From Eledone cirrhosa (taxonomy: Eukaryota), in NCBI GenBank assembly GCA_964016885.1, contig OZ024742.1:165788001-165852000 (forward strand): DNA of 64,000 bases. Reading direction: 5' to 3'. The notes below the pieces were generated by a model, which made no database searches, had not been told where the DNA came from, and worked only from the letters and a program-made list of their open reading frames with translations. The translations under genes were made by a program, and so were the position numbers. Shown here one piece after another: positions 1 to 14,711 of this stretch (within the stretch, counting starts at the first letter, position 1; each line of letters begins with the position of its first letter).

Positions 1-3000
1 TACTTTCTACAGTTCCAGGATGAGGTGTCAGTCACAACTCCTGATAGGAACATCACTACTTTCTACAGTTCCAGGATGAGGTGTCAGTCACAACTCCTGA
101 TAGGAACATCACTGATTTCTACAGTTCCAGGATGAGATGTCTGTCACAACTCCTGATAGGAACACCACTGCTTTCTACAGTTCCAGAATGAGGTGTCAGT
201 CACAACTCCTGATAAGAACATCACTGCTTACTACGGTTCCAGGATGAGGTGTAAGTCACAACTCCTGATAGGAACATCACTGCTTTCTACAGTTCCAGAA
301 TGAGGTGTCAGTCACAACTCCTGATAGGAACATCACTGCTTACTACAGTTCCAGGATGAGGTGTAAGTCACAACTCCTGATAGGAACATCACTGCTTTCT
401 ACAGTTCCAGGATGAGGTGTCAGTCACAACTCCTGATAGGAATATCACTGCTTTCTACAGTTCCAGGATGAGATGTCTGTCACAACTCCTGATAGGAACA
501 TCACTGCTTTCTACAGTTCCAGGATGAGGTGTCAGTCACAACTCCTGATAGGAACATCACTGCTTTCTACAGTTCCAGGATGAGGTGTAAGTCACAACTC
601 CTGATAGGAACATCACTGCTTTCTACAGTTCCAGGATGAGATGTCTGTCACAACTCCTGATAGGAACATCACTGCTTTCTACAGTTGCAGGATGAGGTGT
701 AAGTCACAACTCCTGATAGGAACATCACTGCTTTCTACAGTTCCAGGATGAGATGTCTGTCACAACTCCTGCTAGGAACATTACTGCTTACTACAGTTCC
801 AGAATGAGGTGTCAGTCACAACTCCTGATAGGAACATCACTGCTTTCTACAGTTCCAGGATGAGGTGTCAGTCACAACTCCTGATAGGAACATCACTGCT
901 TTCTACAGTTCCAGAATGAGGTGTCAGGCACAACTCCTGATAGGAACATCACTGCTTTCTACAGTTCCAGGATGAGATGTCTGTCACAACTCCTGATAGG
1001 AACATCACTGCTTTCTACAGTTCCAGGATGAGGTGTCAGTCACAACTCCTGATAGGAACATCACTGCTTTCTACAGTTCCAGCATGAGGTGTCAGTCACA
1101 ACTCCTGATAGGAACATCACTGCTTTCTACAGTTCCAGGATGAGGTGTCAGTCACAACTCCTGATAGAACATCACTGCATTCTACTGTTCCAGGATGGAG
1201 AATGTCAACAACTCCTGATAGGAACATCACTGATTTCTACAGTTCCAGGATGAGATGTCTGGCACAACTCCTGATAGGAACACCACTGCTTTCTACAGTT
1301 CCAGAATGAGGTGTCAGTCACAACTCCTGATAAGAACATCACTGCTTACTACAGTTCCAGGATGAGGTGTAAGTCACAACTCCTGATAGGAACATCACTG
1401 CTTTCTACAGTTCCAGAATGAGGTGTCAGTCACAACTCCTGATAGGAACATCACTGCTTACTACAGTTCCAGGATGAGGTGTAAGTCACAACTCCTGATA
1501 GGAACATCACTGCTTTCTACGGTTCCAGGATGAGGTGTCAGTCACACCTCCTGATAGGAACATCACTGCTTTCTACAGTTCCAGGATGGGGAATGTCACA
1601 ACTCCTGATAGGAACATCACTGCTTTCTACTGTTCCAGGATGAGGTGTCAATCACAACTCTTGATAGGAACATCACTGCTTTCTACAGTTCCAGGATGAG
1701 GTGTCAGTCACACTTCCTGATAGGAACATCACTGCTTTCTACAGTTCCAGGATGGGGAATGTCACAACTCCTGATAGGAACATCACTGCTTTCTACTGTT
1801 CCAGGATGAGGTGTCAGTCACAACTCCTGATAGGAACATCACTGCTTTCTACACTTCCAGGATGAGGTGTCAGTCACAACTCCTGATAGGAACATCACTG
1901 CTTTCTACAGTTCCAGGATGAGATGTCTGTCACAACTCCTGATAGGAACATCACTGCTTTCTACAGTTCCAGGATGAGGTGTCAGTCACAACTCCTGATA
2001 GGAACATCACTGCTTTAAACAGTTCCAGGATGAGGTGTCAGTCACAACTCCTGATAGGAACATCACTGCTTTCTACAGTTCCAGGATGAGGTGTCAGTCA
2101 CAACTCCTGATAGGAACATCACTGCTTTCTACAGTTCCAGGATGAGGTGTCAGTCACAACTCCTGATAGGAACATCACTGCTTTCTACAGTTCCAGGATG
2201 AGGTGTCAGTCACAACTCCTGATAGAACATCGCTGCTTTCTACTGTTCCAGGATGGGGTGTCAGTCACAACTCCTGATAGGAACATCACTGCTTTCTACA
2301 GTTCCAGCATGAGGTGTCAGTCACAACTCCTGATAGGAACATCACTGCTTTCTACAGTTCCAGGATGAGGTGTCAGTCACAACTCCTGATAGAACATCAC
2401 TGCTTTCTACTGTTCCAGGATGGAGAATGTCAACAACTCCTGATAGGAACATCACTGCTTTCTAGAGTTCCAGAATGAGGTGTCAGTCACAACTCCTGAT
2501 AGGAACATCACTACTTTCTACAGTTCCAGGATGAGGTGTCAGTCACAACTCCTGATAGGAACATCACTACTTTCTACAGTTCCAGGATGAGGTGTCAGTC
2601 ACAACTCCTGATAGGAACATCACTGATTTCTACAGTTCCAGGATGAGATGTCTGTCACAACTCCTGATAGGAACGCCACTGCTTTCTACAGTTCCAGAAT
2701 GAGGTGTCAGTCACAACTCCTGATAAGAACATCACTGCTTACTACAGTTCCAGGATGAGGTGTAAGTCACAACTCCTGATAGGAACATCACTGCTTTCTA
2801 CAGTTCCAGGATGAGGTGTAAGTCACAACTCCTGATAGGAACATCACTGCTTTCTACAGTTCCAGGATGAGGTGTCAGTCACAACTCCTGATAGGAACAT
2901 CACTGCTTTCTATAGTTCCAGGATGGGGAATGTCACAACTCCTGATAGGAACATCACTGCTTTCTACTGTTCCAGGATGAGGTGTCAGTCACAACTCCTG

Positions 3001-6000
3001 ATAGGAACATCACTGCTTTCTACAGTTCCAGCATGAGGTGTCAGTCACAACTCCTGATAGGAACATCACTGCTTTCTACAGTTCCAGGATGAGATGTCTG
3101 TCACAACTCTTGATAGGAACATCACTGCTTTCTACAGTTCCAGGATGAGGTGTCAGTCACAACTCCTGATAGGAACATCACTGCTTACTACAGTTCCAGG
3201 ATGAGGTGTAAGTCACAACTCCTGATAGGAACATCACTGCTTTCTACAGTTCCGGGATGAGGTGTAAGTCACAACTCCTGATAGGAACATCACTGCTTTC
3301 TACAGTTCCAGGATGAGGTGTAAGTCACAACTCCTGATAGGAACATCACTGCTTTCTACAGTTCCAGGATGAGGTGTCAATCACAACTCCTGATAGGAAC
3401 ATCACTGCTTTCTACAGTTCCAGGATGAGGTGTCAGTCACACTTCCTGATAGGAACATCACTGCTTTCTACAGTTCCAGGATGGGGAATGTCACAACTCC
3501 TGATAGGAACATCACTGCTTTCTACTGTTCCAGGATGAGGTGTCAGTCACAACTCCTGATAGAACATCACTGCATTCTACTGTTCCAGGATGGAGAATGT
3601 CAACAACTCCTGATAGGAACATCACTGATTTCTACAGTTCCAGGATGAGATGTCTGTCACAACTCCTGATAGGAACACCACTGCTTTCTACAGTTCCAGA
3701 ATGAGGTGTCAGTCACAACTCCTGATAAGAACATCACTGCTTACTACAGTTCCAGGATGAGGTGTAAGTCACAACTCCTGATAGGAACATCACTGCTTTC
3801 TACAGTTCCAGAATGAGGTGTCAGTCACAACTCCTGATAGGAACATCACTGCTTACTACAGTTCCAGGATGAGGTGTAAGTCACAACTCCTGATAGGAAC
3901 ATCACTGCTTTCTACAGTTCCAGGATGAGGTGTCAGTCACACCTCCTGATAGGAACATCACTGCTTTCTACAGTTCCAGGATGGGGAATGTCACAACTCC
4001 TGATAGGAACATCACTGCTTTCTACTGTTCCAGGATGAGGTGTCAATCACAACTCTTGATAGGAACATCACTGCTTTCTACAGTTCCAGGATGAGGTGTC
4101 AGTCACACTTCCTGATAGGAACATCACTGCTTTCTACAGTTCCAGGATGGGGAATGTCACAACTCCTGATAGGAACATCACTGCTTTCTACTGTTCCAGG
4201 ATGAGGTGTCAGTCACAACTCCTGATAGGAACATCACTGCTTTCTACACTTCCAGGATGAGGTGTCAGTCACAACTCCTGATAGGAACATCACTGCTTTC
4301 TACAGTTCCAGGATGAGATGTCTGTCACAACTCCTGATAGGAACATCACTGCTTTCTACTGTTCCAGGATGAGGTGTCAGTCACAACTCCTGATAGGAAC
4401 ATCACTGCTTTAAACAGTTCCAGGATGAGGTGTCAGTCACAACTCCTGATAGGAACATCACTGCTTTCTACAGTTCCAGGATGAGGTGTCAGTCACAACT
4501 CCTGATAGGAACATCACTGCTTTCTACAGTTCCAGGATGAGGTGTCAGTCACAACTCCTGATAGGAACATCACTGCTTTCTACAGTTCCAGGATGAGGTG
4601 TCAGTCACAACTCCTGATAGAACATCGCTGCTTTCTACTGTTCCAGGATGGGGTGTCAGTCACAACTCCTGATAGGAACATCACTGCTTTCTACAGTTCC
4701 AGGATGAGGTGTCAGTCACAACTCCTGATAGGAACATCACTGCTTTCTACAGTTCCAGGATGAGGTGTCAGTCACAACTCCTGATAGGAACATCACTGCT
4801 TTCTACAGTTCCAGGATGAGGTGTCAGTCACAACTCCTGATAGAACATCACTGCTTTCTACTGTTCCAGGATGGAGAATGTCAACAACTCCTGATAGGAA
4901 CATCACTGCTTTCTAGAGTTCCAGAATGAGGTGTCAGTCACAACTCCTGATAGGAACATCACTACTTTCTACAGTTCCAGGATGAGGTGTCAGTCACAAC
5001 TCCTGATAGGAACATCACTACTTTCTACAGTTCCAGGATGAGGTGTCAGTCACAACTCCTGATAGGAACATCACTGATTTCTACAGTTCCAGGATGAGAT
5101 GTCTGTCACAACTCCTGATAGGAACGCCACTGCTTTCTACAGTTCCAGAATGAGGTGTCAGTCACAACTCCTGATAAGAACATCACTGCTTACTACAGTT
5201 CCAGGATGAGGTGTAAGTCACAACTCCTGATAGGAACATCACTGCTTTCTACAGTTCCAGGATGAGGTGTAAGTCACAACTCCTGATAGCAACATCACTG
5301 CTTTCTACAGTTCCAGGATGAGGTGTCAGTCACAACTCCTGATAGGAACATCACTGCTTTCTATAGTTCCAGGATGGGGAATGTCACAACTCCTGATAGG
5401 AACATCACTGCTTTCTACTGTTCCAGGATGAGGTGTCAGTCACAACTCCTGATAGGAACATCACTGCTTTCTACAGTTCCAGCATGAGGTGTCAGTCACA
5501 ACTCCTGATAGGAACATCACTGCTTTCTACAGTTCCAGGATGAGATGTCTGTCACAACTCTTGATAGGAACATCACTGCTTTCTACAGTTCCAGGATGAG
5601 GTGTCAGTCACAACTCCTGATAGGAACATCACTGCTTACTACAGTTCCAGGATGAGGTGTAAGTCACAACTCCTGATAGGAACATCACTGCTTTCTACAG
5701 TTCCGGGATGAGGTGTAAGTCACAACTCCTGATAGGAACATCACTGCTTTCTACAGTTCCAGGATAAGGTGTAAGTCACAACTCCTGATAGGAACATCAC
5801 TGCTTTCTACAGTTCCAGGATGAGGTGTCAATCACAACTCCTGATAGGAACATCACTGCTTTCTACAGTTCCAGGATGAGGTGTCAGTCACACTTCCTGA
5901 TAGGAACATCACTGCTTTCTACAGTTCCAGGATGGGGAATGTCACAACTCCTGATAGGAACATCACTGCTTTCTACTGTTCCAGGATGAGGTGTCAGTCA

Positions 6001-9000
6001 CAACTCCTGATAGGAACATCACTGCTTCCTACACTTCCAGGATGAGGTGTCAGTCACAACTCCTGATAGGAACATCACTGCTTTCTACAGTTCCAGGATG
6101 AGATGTCTGTCACAACTCCTGATAGGAACATCACTGCTTTCTACAGTTCCAGGATGAGTTGTCAGTCACAACTCCTGATAGGAACATCACTGCTTTCTAC
6201 AGTTCCAGGATGAGGTGTAAGTCACAACTCCTGATAGGAACATCACTGCTTACTACAGTTCCAGGATGAGGTGTCAGTCACAACTCCTGACAGGAACATC
6301 ACTGCTTTCTACAGTTCCAGGATGAGGTGTCAGTCACAACTCCTGATAGGAACATCACTGCTTTCTACAGTTCCAGAATGAGGTGTCAGTCACTACTCCT
6401 GATAGGAACATCACTGCTTTCTACAGTTCCAGGATGAGTTGTCAGTCACAACTCCTGATAGGAACATCACTGCTTTCTACAGTTCCAGGATGAGGTGTAA
6501 GTCACAACTCCTGATAGGAACATCACTGCTTACTACAGTTCCAGGATGAGGTGTCAGTCACAACTCCTGACAGGAACATCACTGCTTTCTACTGTTCCAG
6601 GATGAGGTGTCAGTCATAACTCCTGATAAGAACATCACTGTTTTCTACTGTTCCAGGATGAGGTGTCAGTCACAACTCCTGATAGGAACATCACTGCTTT
6701 CTACAGTTCCTGGATGAGGTGTCAGTCACAACTCCTGATAGGAACATCACTGCTTTCTGCTGTTTCAGGATTGGGGGTGTCACAACTCCTGATAGGAACA
6801 TCACTGCTTTCTACAGTTCCAGGATGAGGTGTCAGTCACAACTCCTGATAGGAACATCACTGCTTTCTGCAGTTCCAGGATGAGGTGTCAGTCACAACTC
6901 CTGATAGGAACATCACTGCTTTCTACTGTTCCAGGATTGGGGATGTCACAACTCCTGATAGGAACATCACTGCTTTCTACAGTTCCAGAATGAGGTGTCA
7001 GTCACAACTCCTGATAGGAACATCACTGCTTTCTACAGTTCCAGGATGAGGTGTCAGTCACAACTCCTGATAGGAACATCACTGCTTTCTACTGTTCCAG
7101 AAGGAGGTGTCAGTCACAACTCCTGATAGAACATCACTGCTTTCTACAGTTTCAGGATGAGGTGTCAGTCACAACTCCTGATAGGAACATCACTGCTTTC
7201 TACAGTTCCAGGATGAGGTGTCAGTCACAACTCCTGATAGGAACATCACTGCTTTCTGCAGTTCCAGGACGAGGTGTCAGTCACAACTCCTGATAGGAAC
7301 ATCACTGCTTTCTACTGTTCCAGGATTGGGGATGTCACAACTCCTGATAGGAACATCACTGCTTTCTACAGTTCCAGGATGAGGTGTAAGTCACAACTCC
7401 TGATAGGAACATCACTGCTTTCTACAGTTCCAGGGTGAGTTGTCAGTCACTGCTTTTTACTGTTCCAGGATGGAGAATGTCAACAACTCCTGATAGGAAC
7501 ATCACTGTTTTCTACAGTTCCAGAATGAGGTGTCAGTCACAACTCCTGATAGGAACATCACTGCTTTCTACAGTTCCAGAATGAGGTGTCAGTCACAACT
7601 CCTGATAGGAACATCACTGCTTTCTACAGTTCCAGGATGAGGTGTCAGTCACAACTCCTGATAGGAACATCACTGCTTTCTACAGTTCCAGAATGACGTG
7701 TCAGTCACAACTCCTGATAGGAACATCACTGCTTTCTACTGTTCCAGGATGAGGTGTCAGTCACAACTCCTGATAGGAACATCACTGCTTTCTACAGTTC
7801 CAGGATGAAATGTCAGTCACAACTCCTGATAGGAACATCACTGCTTTCTACAGTTCCAGGATGGGGAATGTCACAACTCCTGATAGGAACATCACTGCTT
7901 TCTACTGTTCCAGGATGAGGTGTCAGTCACAACTCCTGATAGGAACATCACTGCTTCCTACACTTCCAGGATGAGGTGTCAGTCACAACTCCTGATAGGA
8001 ACATCACTGCTTTCTACAGTTCCAGGATGAGATGTCTGTCACAACTCCTGATAGGAACATCACTGCTTTCTACAGTTCCAGGATGAGTTGTCAGTCACAA
8101 CTCCTGATAGGAACATCACTGCTTTCTACAGTTCCAGGATGAGGTGTAAGTCACAACTCCTGATAGGAACATCACTGCTTACTACAGTTCCAGGATGAGG
8201 TGTAAGTCACAACTCCTGACAGGAACATCACTGCTTTCTACAGTTCCAGGATGAGGTGTCAGTCACAACTCCTGATAGGAACATCACTGCTTTCTACAGT
8301 TCCAGAATGAGGTGTCAGTCACTACTCCTGATAGGAACATCACTGCTTTCTACAGTTCCAGAATGAGGTGTCAGTCACAACTCCTGATAGGAACATCACT
8401 GCTTTCTACAGTTCCAGGATGAGGTGTCAGTCACAACTCCTGATAGGAACATCACTGCTTTCTACAGTTCCAGAATGAGGTGTCAGTCACAACTCCTGAT
8501 AGGAACATCACTGCTTTCTACTGTTCCAGGATGAGGTGTCAGTCATAACTCCTGATAAGAACATCACTGTTTTCTACTGTTCCAGGATGAGGTGTCAGTC
8601 ACAACTCCTGATAGGAACATCACTGCTTTCTACAGTTCCTGGATGAGGTGTCAGTCACAACTCCTGATAGGAACATCACTGCTTTCTGCTGTTTCAGGAT
8701 TGGGGGTGTCACAACTCCTGATAGGAACATCACTGCTTTCTACAGTTCCAGGATGAGGTGTCAGTCACAACTCCTGATAGGAACATCACTGCTTTCTGCA
8801 GTTCCAGGATGAGGTGTCAGTCACAACTCCTGATAGGAACATCACTGCTTTCTACTGTTCCAGGATTGGGGATGTCACAACTCCTGATAGGAACATCACT
8901 GCTTTCTACAGTTCCAGAATGAGGTGTCAGTCACAACTCCTGATAGGAACATCACTGCTTTCTACAGTTCCAGGATGAGGTGTCAGTCACAACTCCTGAT

Positions 9001-11083
9001 AGGAACATCACTGCTTTCTACTGTTCCAGAAGGAGGTGTCAGTCACAACTCCTGATAGAACATCACTGCTTTCTACAGTTTCAGGATGAGGTGTCAGTCA
9101 CAACTCCTGATAGGAACATCACTGCTTTCTACAGTTCCAGGATGAGGTGTCAGTCACAACTCCTGATAGGAACATCACTGCTTTCTGCAGTTCCAGGACG
9201 AGGTGTCAGTCACAACTCCTGATAGGAACATCACTGCTTTCTACTGTTCCAGGATTGGGGATGTCACAACTCCTGATAGGAACATCACTGCTTTCTACAG
9301 TTCCAGGATGAGGTGTAAGTCACAACTCCTGATAGGAACATCACTGCTTTCTACAGTTCCAGGGTGAGTTGTCAGTCACTGCTTTCTACTGTTCCAGGAT
9401 GGAGAATGTCAACAACTCCTGATAGGAACATCACTGTTTTCTACAGTTCCAGAATGAGGTGTCAGTCACAACTCCTGATAGGAACATCACTGCTTTCTAC
9501 AGTTCCAGAATGAGGTGTCAGTCACAACTCCTGATAGGAACATCACTGCTTTCTACAGTTCCAGGATGAGGTGTCAGTCACAACTCCTGATAGGAACATC
9601 ACTGCTTTCTACAGTTCCAGAATGACGTGTCAGTCACAACTCCTGATAGGAACATCACTGCTTTCTACTGTTCCAGGATGAGGTGTCAGTCACAACTCCT
9701 GATAGGAACATCACTGCTTTCTACAGTTCCAGGATGAAATGTCAGTCACAACTCCTGATAGGAACATCACTGCTTTCTACAATTCCAGGATGAGGTGTCA
9801 GTCACAACTCCTGATAGGAACATCACTGCTTTCTACAATTCCAGGATGAAGTGTCAGTCACAACTCCTGATAGGAACATCACTGGTTTGTACAGTACCAG
9901 GATGAGGTGTCAGTCACAACTCCTGATAGAAACATCACTGCTTTCTACAGTTCCAGAATGACGTGTCAGTCACAACTCCTGATAGGAACATCACTGCTTT
10001 CTACAGTTTCAGGATGAGGTGTCAGTCACAACTCCTGATAGGAACATCACTGCTTTCTACTGTTCCAGGATGAGGTGTCAGTCACAACTCCTGATAGGAA
10101 CATCACTGCTTTCTACAGTTCCAGGATGAGGTGTCAGTCACAACTCCTGATAGGAACATCACTGCTTTCTACAGATCCAGGATGAGGTGTCAGTCACAAC
10201 TCCTGATAGGAACATCACTGCTTTCTACAGTTCCAGGATGAGGTATCAGTCACACCTCCTGATAGGAACATCACTGCTTTCTACTGTTCCAGGATGGGTG
10301 ATGTCACAACTCCTGATAGGCACATCACTGCTTTCTACAGTTCCAGGATGAGGTGTCAGTCACAACTCCTGATAGGAACATCACTGCTTTCTACAGTTCC
10401 AGGATGAGGTGTCAGTCACAACTCCTGATAGGAACATCACTGCTTTCTACAATTCCAGGATGAGGTGTCAGTCACAACTCCTGATAGGAACATCACTGCT
10501 TTCTACAATTCCAGGATGAAGTGTCAGTCACAACTCCTGATAGGAACATCACTGGTTTGTACAGTACCAGGATGAGGTGTCAGTCACAACTCCTGATAGA
10601 AACATCACTGCTTTCTACAGTTCCAGAATGAGGTGTCAGTCACAACTCCTGATAGGAACATCACTGCTTTCTACAATTCCAGGATGAAGTGTCAGTCACA
10701 ACTCCTGATAGGAACATCACTGGTTTGTACAGTACCAGGATGAGGTGTCAGTCACAACTCCTGATAGAAACATCACTGCTTTCTACAGTTCCAGAATGAG
10801 GTGTCAGTCACAACTCCTGATAGAAACATCACTGCTTTCTACAGTTTCAGGATGAGGTGTCAGTCACAACTCCTGATAGGAACATCACTGCTTTCTACAG
10901 TTCCAGGATGAGGTGTCAGTCACAACTCCTGATAGGAACATCACTGCTTTCTACAGTTCCAGGATGAGGTGTCAGTCACAACTCCTGATAGGAACATCAC
11001 TGCTTTCTACAGTTCCAGAATGAGGTGTCAGTCACAACTCCTGATAGAACATCACTGCTTTCTACTGTTCCAGGATGGGGAAT
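1..11083. repeat. 56-bp tandem satellite (about 198 copies), runs off the window start
   Basis: Unit GTCACAACTCCTGATAGGAACATCACTGCTTTCTACAGTTCCAGGATGAGGTGTCA; starts at 31, 87 and onward (period 56); no unique spacers. Confidence 0.98.
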
Positions 11084-11379
11084 TTGAACTACTACTACTA
11101 CCACCTAGCATCCAATTGAACGTTTAACAATTCTGCCATAAAGTTTACCTTAGCGTAATATGAACTGAAATAGCTTTTGCTACCTAAGTGACCTAATTAG
11201 CAGTGGAGGAGGGTACTCTCAGAGCATAATAGCTAGAATAAAGATAAAATGGAAGAAGTTTAGAGAGCTGCTCATACTGTTGGCAACAAAAGGCTATGAG
11301 AAAAGTGTGATGCTACATAATGAAACATGGGCAGTGACTGCAGAGGACATGCATAGGCTAGAGAGAAATGAAGCAACCC

Positions 11380-11673
11380 TGCTTCATTAGATATGCAATG
11401 TAAATGTGAGAGAAAGGTAGAGCTTGGATGAAATGAAGGAGAAATTGGCTTTATGAGGAATCTGAAGTGGTGTACAGGAGAAAAGACTGCACTAGTACAG
11501 ACGTGATGAACATGGATGATGATCGGTGAGTGAAAAAGTACCAGGAAGGTGGTGAGAGTTGATCTCAAATCACTGAGACTCTCAGATGAGATAACAGAGG
11601 AACGCAACAAGTGGAGATATACTGTGCTGAAAAGGATCCATCCAGCCCATGCAAGCATGTATAACCGATGATG
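11380..11673 (+). mobile_element. Decayed RTE LINE 3' end
   Basis: Similar to the 3' end of the RTE at 49815-50610 (gagagaaatgaagca...ggatccatccagcccatgcaagcatg...gatgatgat tail). Confidence 0.65.
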
Positions 11674-11976
11674 ATATATATATATATAATATATATACAT
11701 ATATATAATATATATACATATATAGAAACAGAGGTATATACATAAACATACATGCATTTATGTGAAGATGTATAACAGTTTTTGTCATTAGAAAAGGCAT
11801 CTCACTATGCAATACTGTTGCAAAAAGCCTCATCCAAACCATACCAACAGAATAAAATGGGCGTAAAAGTTATGATATTCACACACACAGATATCTATAT
11901 GTATATATATATATATATATATATTATATTCATAAACCAATAATGATTGATATATTAATTTTTTTCCTTGTCTTAG

Positions 11977-12078
11977 ATTGATCCTAAACAGTTACTTGAG
12001 GATGGTATTCGCAAAGAACTGGTTCAGCAGGTAGCAGGAGCACTTCACCAAAGTTTAATATTCAATCCAAAGGCTAAA
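11977..12078 (+). CDS. WASHC5: WASH complex subunit 5 (strumpellin) internal exon; upstream exons lie outside the window
   Basis: tcttag|ATTGAT...GCTAAA|gtaagt; [34 protein letters not shown] matches the recalled strumpellin [16 protein letters not shown]. Confidence 0.95.
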
Positions 12079-12540
12079 GTAAGTTCTCATGAAACAATAA
12101 CCATGTTCAACTATTGAATCAAATGTAAATAGCTTCAAGTTATACCACTTACTAAAGTATTTATATTTATATAAAACAAACTTCCATGAACATTTTTGTA
12201 TAAGAACTTTTATATTCTGAACAGCAGTTTAAAAATGAGAAAGTTAAGTGGCTCGCCTTACAGAGGTGTTAGGTTATGCCCGTGAGGGTGCTTAGTTGTT
12301 TCAGCACCTTAGCCTCATCATCACCCACAGTAATGCTGCAAACATGTTGGCTTGCCTCAAAGTTTGCCATTGATCCTTGCAGTGTGTGACTGATTGTCGC
12401 ACTTGTTGGTGAATTGATGGTTGTTTTTGTTTGTTTGTTTTTCTTTCCTTTTCTTTTTCTCTCACTGTGATCATATATTTTATATTTATACTACTATACA
12501 ATAGTAGTATGAATAACACCAACTGTATCTGTTGTTATAG

Positions 12541-12720
12541 GTTAGTGAACTCATTCCACGGCTAAATGGTCTTGGAGAGAGAATGGATGGCTTCCGGAGA
12601 TCTTTTGAGTATATTCAGGATTATGTAAATATTTATGGCTTAAAAATTTGGCAAGAGGAAGTGTCTCGTATTATCAACTACAATGTTGAAATGGAGTGTA
12701 ACAGTTTCCTTCGAACCAAG
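12541..12720 (+). CDS. WASHC5: Strumpellin exon
   Basis: ttatag|GTTAGT...ACCAAG|gtgagt; [46 protein letters not shown]. Confidence 0.97.
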
Positions 12721-12745
12721 GTGAGTACCAAATATTCTGTATGTA

Positions 12746-13118
12746 CTCTCAGGTCCCAAATAATAGGGGCTGGCTGGAATGAGCGGGGAGGGTAATTTTT
12801 CCAGGTTGTCTTCCTTGATTTTTTTAAAAACCAAAATTAATCCTTTATTTTCCATATTGAGACCCCAACCCATCCTATTTATTTTATAATATATGGGATT
12901 TCTTATAACTTTTTTTTTTATCAAGTTTAATGTTTTTTAATGTATAAAGAAAATGAATTGTCCCAGGAATGCTATTACTTAAAATAAAATTTTGCCGGAG
13001 ATAGATTAGCAAAATTTAAATAAGTGGGGAGTTTGGAATAAGTGCAGGGGCAGTTGACAAAAATCTGAAAAATTAATAAGCGGGGTATGGGGTGGGGCTA
13101 TTATTCGAAACCCGAGAG
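12746..13118. mobile_element. Non-autonomous TIR element (Tc1/mariner-like MITE); related copies at about 26978-27345, 28280-28620, 28965-29250 and 53743-54130
   Basis: Imperfect TIRs ta|ctctcaggtcccaaataat ... ttattcgaaacccgagag; shared internal ggagatagattagc; TA flanks. Confidence 0.65.
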
Positions 13119-13842
13119 TGTGTATATATAGGTATATGTATGCACATTTTTATAACAACCTTGTATAACAAACATATCAGATATTATGAAATTGTTGTGA
13201 TACAGGGATGTGTTTTTACTGACATTATTTATTTTGTATATTTTATGAAGTTTCTGATGACACAGGACTGAGTTTATTAATGTTTAATACCAAATTCTTT
13301 GAGTCACTGCTCAGATTAGGGAGATTGTTGTCTTTGGCACAACTGAAGTAACCTCTCCATCTTTTTTTTGGCTAGTTTTCTGGACTGGATGTCCTCCCTA
13401 ACACTAACCACTTTACAATGTACTGGGTGTATGTATCATGTAGATCCTCAAAACTAGAGAGGTTGTTGTGCCCTTCACACAAATGAAAATTCTTCTCAAT
13501 CCTTTTTGGCATGGTTTCTAAAGCTGGATGCTCTTCCTACTATTAACCACATTACAGAGTGTACTTGGTGCTTTGTGGCACCAGCACTAGAGAGGTTGTC
13601 AGTTATTGACTCAACTAAAGAGACCCCTTTGCTTTACAGACTGGTGAGGGGAGGAAGATAAATATGGTATCATGGGGATGTGACAGGTAGAAAAGGTGAG
13701 AAAATATGTCATGGATGTATGTTAAGGAGTCAGAATTGACAGGGTGATACCTGAGAAGAGAGAGAGTGGGGAGACAGACGGACAGAACATGTGAAGTAGG
13801 AACAATTGGAGAGAGAATGCCAAATGTGGTGTGATTATTTTA

Positions 13843-14005
13843 TTCGGACGCCATGCTTTCCAGCATAGTTACGTCCCTTTACGATCTGAGTTCAAATCCC
13901 GCCGAGGTTGACTTTGCCTTTCATCCTTACGGGGTCGATAAAATAAAGTACCAGTAATGCACTGGGTAATTGCTGGCCTTGTGCCTAAAGTAGAAACAAT
14001 TATTT
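13843..14005 (+). mobile_element. tRNA-derived SINE with Deu/Nin-like core; other copies at about 19610-19787, 20320-20530, 23709-23892, 24940-25050, 30528-30711 (-), 30726-31116 and 59130-59280
   Basis: B-box gagttcaaatccc, core gactttgcctttcatccttacggggtcgataaaataaagtaccag, (ATT)n tail; the 23709 copy has TSD ttattataaattcattc. Confidence 0.85.
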
Positions 14006-14056
14006 TATTAATACAAACAATGACTATCAATATTCCTTTATACTCCTCTTTTTCAG

Positions 14057-14181
14057 ATCATTGACTGGCAAAGTGTGTACCAATCTAAGACCATTCCTAT
14101 TCCTCGTTTTGCTCCAGTTGATGCCAGTGTCAACTTCATTGGAAGACTTGCACGAGAAATTCTACGCATCACTGACCCTAA
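14057..14181 (+). CDS. WASHC5: Strumpellin exon
   Basis: tttcag|ATCATT...CCTAA|gtaagt; [41 protein letters not shown]. Confidence 0.95.
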
Positions 14182-14337
14182 GTAAGTAGACAAATATATT
14201 CCTATGTTTTTTGACTGGTTGAAGTCATCTACTACTTTATGATTTTGTGATTTCTCTCTCTCTCTCACACATTCTTTGTCACATGCTTTCTCTCTCTCTC
14301 TCTCACATGCTCTCTCTCTCTGTTTCTTCCTCCACAG

Positions 14338-14428
14338 AAATACCTCCTATGTTGACCAGATGAAAGCATGGTATGATTTAAAATCTAAACAAGAAGTTGT
14401 CAACCGGTTGTTATTCCAAAAGTTACAG
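14338..14428 (+). CDS. WASHC5: Strumpellin exon
   Basis: ccacag|AAATAC...TTACAG|gtaact; NTSYVDQMKAWYDLKSKQEVVNRLLFQKLQ; phase matches the previous exon. Confidence 0.93.
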
Positions 14429-14495
14429 GTAACTTTCTATTTAATATACATTTTCATATTGTACAATATATATTATACAAGCTATTGTACTATAT

Positions 14496-14711
14496 CCCTT
14501 TAGCATTTAAACCAGCCATATCTGGTCAGAATATTCTCACCTCTTTCTGTTCAAACCAGCTGTAACTGGCCGCTCATACTGATGTTAAGGTATTGTTCTC
14601 AAAATACATAATATCAAAATCTCATAGATTCGATATTATGTGAGATAATTATGTGAAGTAAAGCCTTTACCACGAAAATATAATAGTAAATATAGAGTAA
14701 TGTAAATGTTA

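Noticed and set aside
31-86. Hammerhead or IRE within the 56-bp unit (CTGATAG; CAGTC loop)
   Set aside because: No CUGANGA plus GAAA geometry on either strand; the loop is CAGUCA, not CAGUGN
1-11083. CRISPR-like array, or repeated ORFs (MSVTTPDRNITAF...)
   Set aside because: Contiguous units with no unique spacers and no cas genes; the 56-bp period breaks frame, so the ORFs are by-products
13255-13320. CTGATGA motif (similarly CTGAGGA at about 40605)
   Set aside because: No correctly placed stem II and GAAA
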